Source: an uncultured Gammaproteobacteria bacterium (lineage in GTDB: Bacteria; Pseudomonadota; Gammaproteobacteria; GCA-001735895). Taken from it: a stretch of DNA of 57,465 nucleotides. Numbering within the stretch: position 1 is the stretch's first letter; every line of letters starts with the position of its first letter. The translations under genes were made by a program, and so were the position numbers. Below the pieces are notes generated by a model, which saw only the letters and a program-made list of their open reading frames with translations, did not search any database and was not told where the DNA came from. This document shows positions 50,586 to 57,465 of the stretch, in pieces. The DNA lies in contig CAXMRQ010000082.1 in NCBI GenBank assembly GCA_964196115.1, positions 1-57,465 on the forward strand. Reading direction: 5' to 3'.

Positions 50586-51542
50586 ATGCTAAAGGTGGGT
50601 TTTATAGGTTTGGGTAATGTCGGTGGTAAGTTGGCCGGTAGTTTACTGCGTAACGGCATCGATCTGACAGTGCGCGATCTGGATAGGAATATCGCGCAGC
50701 CGTTTCTCGATGGTGGTGCCAGATGGGCCGATAGTCCGCTTGAAATGGCCAGGAACGTCGACGTATTAATTACCTGCCTGCCAAGTCCGGCGGCGAGTGC
50801 AGCGGTAATGGAAGCCGAAGATGGTGCGCTCGCGGGCCTGGGCGAAGGCAAGGTCTGGGCAGAGATGAGCACCACTGACAAGGACGAGGTGTTGCGTCTC
50901 GGCGAAAAGGTCAGGGCGGTCGGTGCAGATCCTGTCGATTGTCCGGTATCGGGCGGGTGTCACCGTGCGGCGACGGGCAATATAGCAATATTTGCCGGCT
51001 GCGAGCGCTCGACATTTGAAACTATATTACCGCTGCTGACGACGATGGGGCGGCGTATTTTGCACACCGGCGCACTGGGTTCGGCGTCGGTTTTAAAAGT
51101 GGTTACCAATTACCTGGCTACCGCAAACTTGCTGAGCTTGTGCGAGGCTTTGGTCACCGCCGAGGTCGCTGGGATGGATTTAAACACCACTTACGAGGCT
51201 ATCCGCATTTCCTCGGGGAATTCTTTTGTGCATGAAACTGAAAGCCAGGTGATCTTAAATGGCAGTCGGGATATCAGCTTTACCATGGATCTGGTGTGCA
51301 AGGATATCGGCCTGTTCAACGATGTCGCCGAACGCGGTAATTTGAAGCTCGAACTGGCGCCGATTATGCAGGAAATCTTTAAAGACGGACAGGCGCGTTA
51401 TGGTTCGCGTGAATTCTCGCCAAATATTATCAAACGTCTGGAGGCGGCGGCTGGTGTTGAAATACTCGCGCCTGGATTCCCTGCGGAAATGGTTGACGAT
51501 GAACCCGAAGATGCTGGATACGAGGTGTATACGAAACATTAG
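50586..51542 (+). CDS. NAD(P)-dependent oxidoreductase, 3-hydroxyisobutyrate dehydrogenase family
   Basis: GFIGLGNVG, EMSTT, DCPVSGG, KVVTN, KDI. Confidence 0.9.
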   Translation: MLKVGFIGLGNVGGKLAGSLLRNGIDLTVRDLDRNIAQPFLDGGARWADSPLEMARNVDVLITCLPSPAASAAVMEAEDGALAGLGEGKVWAEMSTTDKDEVLRLGEKVRAVGADPVDCPVSGGCHRAATGNIAIFAGCERSTFETILPLLTTMGRRILHTGALGSASVLKVVTNYLATANLLSLCEALVTAEVAGMDLNTTYEAIRISSGNSFVHETESQVILNGSRDISFTMDLVCKDIGLFNDVAERGNLKLELAPIMQEIFKDGQARYGSREFSPNIIKRLEAAAGVEILAPGFPAEMVDDEPEDAGYEVYTKH

Positions 51543-51615
51543 TACTGATGTCTACCCTCGAGATAGCATTTTTTTATATGCAGGTCGACTTTGTTAAAAA
51601 TGGTGATTATTCTAT

Positions 51616-52785
51616 TTGTCTGACTACCAGCAACGAAATGATATGACGACAGCAAAACCTGTCCTGAGAAATTCCCGGCGTCGATTTGACGTTACTGGTG
51701 ACGAAACAGCTATGAAAGCAGTTGTCACGACCGGTAACGGCGGGTACGACAAGCTCGAATACAAGGATGTACCGGTACCGCAACCTGGGTCAGGTGAGGT
51801 GCTGATTCAGGTACTCGCCGCGGGTGTTAATAATACTGAAATTAACACGCGTCTCGGCTGGTATTCATCATCGGTTACCGGCAGTACCGAAGATGCAGCG
51901 GGGCAGTCGTCACCGGATTCCACCATCGCCGATGGTGGTTGGAACGAGTCTACTCAATTTCCCCTGATTCAGGGTACTGATTGTTGCGGGCGGGTGATCG
52001 AAGTAGCAGCGGGTGAAGATTCGAGTATGCTCGGCTCGCGAGTGCTGGTTCGCGCCTGTATGCGCCGCGAGGGATTTGCTTCGATGGAAAATTTCTGGAT
52101 GGCTTCCGATTTCGACGGCGCTTTTGCGCAATATGTAAAGGTGCCTGCGAGCGAGGTCTTTGCCGTCGATTGCGACTGGAGCGACATCGAACTCGCTACC
52201 ATACCCTGTGCTTACGGTACCGCTGAGAACATGGTGCATCGAGCCGCAGTCAGTAATCGGGATAGCGTACTGGTGACCGGTGCATCGGGTGGTGTCGGAT
52301 CAGCGGTTGTGCAATTAGCCAGACGACGGGGCGCTAAAGTCTATGCTATCGCCGGAAAGTCGAAAATCGACCAGGTATATTCGCTTGGTGTCGAACGCGT
52401 GCTTGAAAGAGGTACGGATATTCTCGTATCGCTAGGTAAAAATAGCATCGATGTGGTTATTGATAATGTTGCAGGCGACACATTCGGGCAATTAATTGAG
52501 ATTTTGAAAAGGGGTGGGCGTTATGCGTCTTCGGGCGCGATCGGAGGGCCGCTGGTAACACTGGACATGCGCAGTTTTTATCTGAAAGATCTCAACCTGA
52601 TTGGCTGTACCGCCTGGGATGAACAGGTATTCCCCAACCTGATTTCGTATATCGAAAAGGGTGATATTGTACCGCTGGTGGCAAAAACTTTTGCGCTCGA
52701 AGATATTGTCGAAGCACAGCAGGAGTTTCTGAAGAAAACCCATTTCGGAAATTTCGTATTAATACCGCCGGTGCCGAATACTTGA
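51616..52785 (+). CDS. MDR family alcohol dehydrogenase/quinone oxidoreductase
   Basis: AAGVNNTEINTR, QGTDCCG, VTGASGGVG; start probably later (ATG 51643 or 51712). Confidence 0.85.
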   Translation: MSDYQQRNDMTTAKPVLRNSRRRFDVTGDETAMKAVVTTGNGGYDKLEYKDVPVPQPGSGEVLIQVLAAGVNNTEINTRLGWYSSSVTGSTEDAAGQSSPDSTIADGGWNESTQFPLIQGTDCCGRVIEVAAGEDSSMLGSRVLVRACMRREGFASMENFWMASDFDGAFAQYVKVPASEVFAVDCDWSDIELATIPCAYGTAENMVHRAAVSNRDSVLVTGASGGVGSAVVQLARRRGAKVYAIAGKSKIDQVYSLGVERVLERGTDILVSLGKNSIDVVIDNVAGDTFGQLIEILKRGGRYASSGAIGGPLVTLDMRSFYLKDLNLIGCTAWDEQVFPNLISYIEKGDIVPLVAKTFALEDIVEAQQEFLKKTHFGNFVLIPPVPNT

Positions 52786-52802
52786 ATCATAATCGCGAAC
52801 AT

Positions 52803-53732
52803 TTAATAATGTTCGGCGATGTAAATAAAAACGGGTAGCGTGACAATCGCTGCGATCACCTGAAAAGTCATAATATTCGACATCAATTCGGCATTACCAC
52901 CCATTTTTCTTGCCATTACGTAGGACGATGCTGCAGTTGGTACTGCGCCAGCGATTATCACCACGGTTCGTGGTAAACCTTCCAGCCCAACCAGCCAGGC
53001 CATGCCGATAATCATTAACGGCATGCCGATTAACCGCGTGAATACGCCGATGGCAATGAGTAATTTCTGATCGGCTGCCTGGCCGATACGCAAACCTGCC
53101 CCTACCGCTAACAGGGCCAGACCGAGGCCACCATTACCAATTATAATAATCGTATCGAAGATGACATCGGGCACTCCGATCCAGTTAAGCGCCAGTCCTG
53201 TGGCGCAGGCAATAATTAACGGATTCTTCAAAACACGCATGAATACGGCTTTAAATTCAGGATTATTCGCAGCCGATCCATACAACGACAATACGACTAC
53301 CGATAACATATTCAGCATTGGTACCATGATCGCAAGCGCGAGTGCGGCCAGTGTGACACCCTCGTCACCGTACAATGGACCAATCGTCGCAAGTGCGACA
53401 AATCCGTGGAAGCGTGTTATGCCCTGAAAAAGACTGGTAAAAGTGGGGCCACTGTCTGGGAAGCGGTTGCGAAGGAGCGTATGAATTAAAATCAACAAAA
53501 AGGACATGCCGATAATTGCGACTATCAGAACCAGCACAAAATCGACGATAGGGACGCTGCCCAGGTTAGCCCGGCTCAAGGTACGGATAATGAGAAAGGG
53601 CAGCAATAAATAAAAGCAAATATGCTCGAGCGCTGACCAGACTTCTTCGCCAACGATGCGGGTACGGTATAGCAGGTAGCCGATCGCGATGATCAGGAAA
53701 ATTGGCGTAATAGCATTTAGTGTAGCGAGCAA
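52803..53732 (-). CDS. AEC (auxin efflux carrier) family transporter
   Basis: About 10 TM helices, KNPLIIA, VPTAASSYVMARKMGG. Confidence 0.88.
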   Translation of the reverse strand: MLATLNAITPIFLIIAIGYLLYRTRIVGEEVWSALEHICFYLLLPFLIIRTLSRANLGSVPIVDFVLVLIVAIIGMSFLLILIHTLLRNRFPDSGPTFTSLFQGITRFHGFVALATIGPLYGDEGVTLAALALAIMVPMLNMLSVVVLSLYGSAANNPEFKAVFMRVLKNPLIIACATGLALNWIGVPDVIFDTIIIIGNGGLGLALLAVGAGLRIGQAADQKLLIAIGVFTRLIGMPLMIIGMAWLVGLEGLPRTVVIIAGAVPTAASSYVMARKMGGNAELMSNIMTFQVIAAIVTLPVFIYIAEHY

Positions 53733-53792
53733 TTTTAATCCTTAACAGTGGCAGCAAGCCGCGAATAGCGTTAGGCGTAAATTTAACCTTGC

Positions 53793-54029
53793 TTAACGGG
53801 CGGAGGCGTCGTTGAGCTCGTTCTCAAAGCTACAGGGCACTAACCTTGGCGAGAGTTTATCTTCTGCTACGGTTGATTCGAAAGTTTCAAACCTGCTCGA
53901 CAGAACATCGAAACGGCCTACTCTTATGTGAATGCCTTCTGCGACGATCGACACCACCGATGCGGCAAATTTGATTTCAGTATTATTTTTATCGGTGTAC
54001 AGATAGTACACCATATCACCGGGTTTCAT
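53793..54029 (-). CDS. Hypothetical 78-aa protein
   Basis: ATG with GAGG RBS, fills the gap between co-oriented genes; no recognised family. Confidence 0.6.
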   Translation of the reverse strand: MKPGDMVYYLYTDKNNTEIKFAASVVSIVAEGIHIRVGRFDVLSSRFETFESTVAEDKLSPRLVPCSFENELNDASAR

Positions 54030-54085
54030 GCTGTTGCCTCAGTTGCCTGGTAACACAACCGAATACAGTACGAATAGTACTTAAT

Positions 54086-54937
54086 CTAATTGGGTGTCAG
54101 GCCGCGCAGTCTTTCGTTGCGTCTTCGCAGCAGTTCTACCACGGTTAACAGGGCCATTGAGAAAAGTACCAATATGGTTGCCACGGCTAAAATGGTTGGG
54201 CTAATCTGTTCACGGATGCCGGAGAACATCTGCCACGGAATCGTTCTTTGCTCGTAACTGCCAACAAATAAAATCACCACCACTTCATCAAATGAGGTGA
54301 TAAAGGCAAACAAAGCGCCGGAGATGACACCGGGAAGAATTAGGGGCATGACGACAAAGAAAAAAGTCCTGGTGGGCGTTGCTCCCAGACTGGCAGCCGA
54401 ACGAACGAGTACCTGATCAAAACCGGTCAGCGTAGCTGTTACGGTAATGACGACAAAAGGTGTGCCGAGCGCCGCATGCGCGAGTATGACACCAAGATAG
54501 GTACCTTGAAGACCAATTCTGGAATAAAAAAAGTACATCCCCGCTGCTGATATGATGAGTGGTACGATCATTGGCGAGATCAATAAACCCATAAATACCG
54601 ACCTGTAGGGCATTATTGATCGACTCAACCCGAGCGCGGCGAGGGTGCCCAGGGTCGTCGCTAGTATGGTGGAAAACAGCGCGATAATCATGCTGTTCTT
54701 GACTGCTCCCTGCCAGTTGAGACTGTTAAAAAATTCCTCGTACCACTTTAGAGAATAGCCTGCCGGATCAAAATTCAACATGGCCTCGGTAAAGGTGAAA
54801 AATGGCACCGCGTTGAACGACAGGGGGATAATGATGATGATTGGGATAATAAGAAATAAGAAAATTAACGCACAGATACTTCTGAAACTATAGAACCAGA
54901 TTCTCTCACCCAAAGTTGCATACGTTGGAAGTGCCAT
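54086..54937 (-). CDS. Polyamine/opine-type ABC transporter permease (PotC-like)
   Basis: SPMIVP, AASLGA EAA loop, FITSFDEVV. Confidence 0.92.
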   Translation of the reverse strand: MALPTYATLGERIWFYSFRSICALIFLFLIIPIIIIIPLSFNAVPFFTFTEAMLNFDPAGYSLKWYEEFFNSLNWQGAVKNSMIIALFSTILATTLGTLAALGLSRSIMPYRSVFMGLLISPMIVPLIISAAGMYFFYSRIGLQGTYLGVILAHAALGTPFVVITVTATLTGFDQVLVRSAASLGATPTRTFFFVVMPLILPGVISGALFAFITSFDEVVVILFVGSYEQRTIPWQMFSGIREQISPTILAVATILVLFSMALLTVVELLRRRNERLRGLTPN

Positions 54938-54940
54938 AAG

Positions 54941-56206
54941 CTAGCCCAGTTTCATATTGTCGATGCCGACAATTCTGTCGTAGAAATAATAAAGCACCAA
55001 CACGATACCAAGAAGAATAACCCCGAGTGCGGCAGCCATACCCCAATTGAGTGAAATGGACATGTGATAGGCAATGAAATTACTGATCAGCGTGCCATCG
55101 ACACCGCCCACCAGCGCCGGCGTTATATAATAGCCAATCGAGATAATGAATACTAAAATACTGCCAGCACCCATGCCCGACATGGTGTTGGGAAAATAAA
55201 CCCGAATAAAGGCGACAGTGGGTGTTGCTCCCAGATTTTTTGCTGCCCGCATATAGGTCGGTGGAATTGTTTTCATCACCGAATACAAGGGCAAAACCAT
55301 GAATGGAAGCAAAATATGTGTCATCGCCACCACGGTACCGGTGGCGTTGTGAATCATCGCCAGCCGGCCATCATTGCTGATAAGGCCGATAGCAACCAAA
55401 ACGTCGTTAATAATCCCCTCCTGTTGCAGTAACGCGATCCAGGCCGTCGTTCTTACCAGTAGTGATGTCCAGAATGGCAATAAAACCAGGATCATCAACA
55501 GGTTGCTGGTCTTAACCGATAAGGTTGATAGTAAATAGGCGATCGGATAAGCGAGCACTAAACACAACAGGGTAATCAGTAAACTTAACTTCAGTGTTCT
55601 CCAGAATAACTTGAGATAAATTGCCTCTTTTGCGGTTTTAGGTGAAATTTCACCGCTCGGCCCATAACTCAGGTCCAGGGCGGCCAGGTAATACGATGGC
55701 GTGTAGTTATCAGATTCCCGCTTCAGATAACGCCAGGTTTCTATGTCGCCCCATTTTTTATGGGTCTTGACGAAGGCCTCTTTGTAGGGAGGTTCGAATT
55801 TATCTGCTTTGCGGGCAGTTTTTCTGAATACACTGGAAAAACCAGGTTTTTCATAATTCATTCGCCGGGCAACCTTGAGAATGGTTTTTGCCTTGTATCC
55901 AATTGCAAAATCAACCTGAGCAGCCGCAAATACTTCTTCGCCAGGCAGCTCACCGTTGCTGTCATCCCACTCAAGCAGCAGCGGCGCGGTTTCTACCATA
56001 ATATCAGAGACCATCTGATTCTCGACGCTGCGGAATAACATGTCCGCTACTGGAATAAAAAAAGTACCCATGATAAACAGGAACAAGGGCAGCACCAGTA
56101 GTAAGGCGCGAATTTTAAGACGTCGCTGAGCACGTGCCAGACTCGCTTTAAGTGGCTTACCATCTGCGGTTGTAAGTACTTCGGGTGGCGCTGTTACTGA
56201 ATTCAT
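54941..56206 (-). CDS. Polyamine/opine-type ABC transporter permease (PotB-like, extended N terminus)
   Basis: LLPFWTSLLVRT, HILLPFMVLPLY, AAKNLGA, GYYITPALVGG. Confidence 0.92.
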   Translation of the reverse strand: MNSVTAPPEVLTTADGKPLKASLARAQRRLKIRALLLVLPLFLFIMGTFFIPVADMLFRSVENQMVSDIMVETAPLLLEWDDSNGELPGEEVFAAAQVDFAIGYKAKTILKVARRMNYEKPGFSSVFRKTARKADKFEPPYKEAFVKTHKKWGDIETWRYLKRESDNYTPSYYLAALDLSYGPSGEISPKTAKEAIYLKLFWRTLKLSLLITLLCLVLAYPIAYLLSTLSVKTSNLLMILVLLPFWTSLLVRTTAWIALLQQEGIINDVLVAIGLISNDGRLAMIHNATGTVVAMTHILLPFMVLPLYSVMKTIPPTYMRAAKNLGATPTVAFIRVYFPNTMSGMGAGSILVFIISIGYYITPALVGGVDGTLISNFIAYHMSISLNWGMAAALGVILLGIVLVLYYFYDRIVGIDNMKLG

Positions 56207-56236
56207 TTTGTCAATCTTGTTCTATTTTTTCGGAAA

Positions 56237-56265
56237 GATCGGGGAGGCCAACGGCCACCCCAATC
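56237..56265 (-). terminator. Intercistronic hairpin after the substrate-binding gene (attenuator/stabiliser)
   Basis: GATTGGGGTGGCC-GTT-GGCCTCCCCGATC followed by a short TTT. Confidence 0.55.
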
Positions 56266-56279
56266 GTATCAACCGAATA

Positions 56280-57386
56280 TTACCTCGCCAACCAGGCATT
56301 AAATCGCTCGGTCAGGTCGTCTCTGCGATCTGCCCACCACAAGTAGTTGTATAACATGATATGTTTGGCGTTTGCCGGAGCCGTTGGCATATGCGGGGCC
56401 ATGTCTATGCCCAGCGTGGCATGCTTGCCGACCATGGGTGCCGATGATTGGCGGGCCGGACCGTAGGAGATATACTTGGCCTGGTTAGCAAGCTGTTGGG
56501 TTTCGGAAGCAAATCTCAGAAATTTCATTGCCTCGTCATGATTCGCTCCACCCTTCGGAATAACCCATCCATCAAGGTCGAACATCTGCCAGTCCCACAT
56601 CATCGCAATAGGCTGCTTTTCTTCTTCAATAACAGAGAAAAGTCGGCCGTTGTAAGATGAACCCATGACTACTTCACCGTCAGCCAGTAACTGTGGTGTT
56701 TGCGCGCCTCGTTCCCACCAAACTACCTGGTCTTTAATAGTATCGAGTTTGGCAAAAGCCCGGTCTACGCCAGCATCGGTATCGAGTGTATCGTAGATTT
56801 TATCCGGGTCCACGCCGTCGGCGATCAGGGCCCATTCCAGATTAGCGATGGGAGCTTTCTCTAGTGAACGTTTGCCCGGAATTTTTTTCAAATCGAAGAC
56901 GTCATTGATAGTCGTCGGTGCTACCTTGACTAGATCTGTACGATAAGCAAAGGTGGTTGAGTAGACGATATTCGGAACGAAACAAGGCGATACGATCAAA
57001 TCACCGAAATCCTTCGAGGCAGGCGTTCCGTCTGGGGCAGGAGTGAGTGCAATGTCGTGATCGATCTCTTCAATCAGCCCCTCCTCACAGAGTGTTATGG
57101 CTGAGGAAGCGACTGCATCTACTATGGCCCAGGTAACATTGCCAGCCTCGTTCATGGCACGAATTTTTGCAACAGCCTCGTTCGATGAATCGTCATTAAT
57201 AATTTTAATGTCCGGGTACTTCGCCATGTAGGGATCAGAATATGCCTTCTGCTGGCTCGCTGTGTAAGCGCCACCCCAGGATACGACGACTAGTTCGGTA
57301 GCGGCATTTGCCGTACCGGCGCCCCCGAGACTAAGGGCAGCCACCGACGCCAGGGCTAGTGTTGTTTTTTTGAATGAAACTTTCAT
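56280..57386 (-). CDS. ABC transporter substrate-binding protein (PotD/PotF-like)
   Basis: Signal peptide, VVSWGGAY, EWALIADGV, QLLADGEV, YNGR. Confidence 0.92.
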   Translation of the reverse strand: MKVSFKKTTLALASVAALSLGGAGTANAATELVVVSWGGAYTASQQKAYSDPYMAKYPDIKIINDDSSNEAVAKIRAMNEAGNVTWAIVDAVASSAITLCEEGLIEEIDHDIALTPAPDGTPASKDFGDLIVSPCFVPNIVYSTTFAYRTDLVKVAPTTINDVFDLKKIPGKRSLEKAPIANLEWALIADGVDPDKIYDTLDTDAGVDRAFAKLDTIKDQVVWWERGAQTPQLLADGEVVMGSSYNGRLFSVIEEEKQPIAMMWDWQMFDLDGWVIPKGGANHDEAMKFLRFASETQQLANQAKYISYGPARQSSAPMVGKHATLGIDMAPHMPTAPANAKHIMLYNYLWWADRRDDLTERFNAWLAR

Positions 57387-57465
57387 TTTTACTTACTCCT
57401 TAATATTTTTAGGGTTGATAAATAATGGAAATTCTCTATGTCATTAACCACTCATAGCATGGTAG

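Overview
Chromosomal window from a gammaproteobacterium (lineage inferred from gene content), mostly housekeeping. Left half: a sugar and glycogen supercluster (partial glk, ROK regulator, AGE-family mannose-isomerase-like gene, pgl, PfkB fructokinase, glgC-pgm-pgi-glgA-glgB-glgP-glgX-malQ). Middle: lgt-thyA-apaG-apaH facing lptD-surA-pdxA-rsmA-folA (apparent inversion), then frmA-fghA. Right: pcnB-folK-dNK-panB-panC, uup, SRAP and a polyamine-type ABC transporter. No tRNA, rRNA, CRISPR array or transposase was seen. The most unusual signals are non-coding. Several palindromic MITE-like elements are nested. A near-identical 70/93-bp cassette of GGA-loop (CsrA/RsmA-type) hairpins sits at the same site in two diverged host MITEs and is cleanly absent from a third copy. 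A 23-bp micro-unit occurs once or twice inside that cassette and also in an unrelated MITE. One MITE supplies the surA stop codon and the pdxA start plus 21 codons. There is also a ~510-bp multi-level palindrome. Separately, a WYL regulator and a divergent phage-like cupin gene share a palindromic operator and are bracketed by a MITE and a MITE scar; this is a candidate undescribed nucleic-acid-stress response module. All calls are from visual motif recognition; no searches were run.
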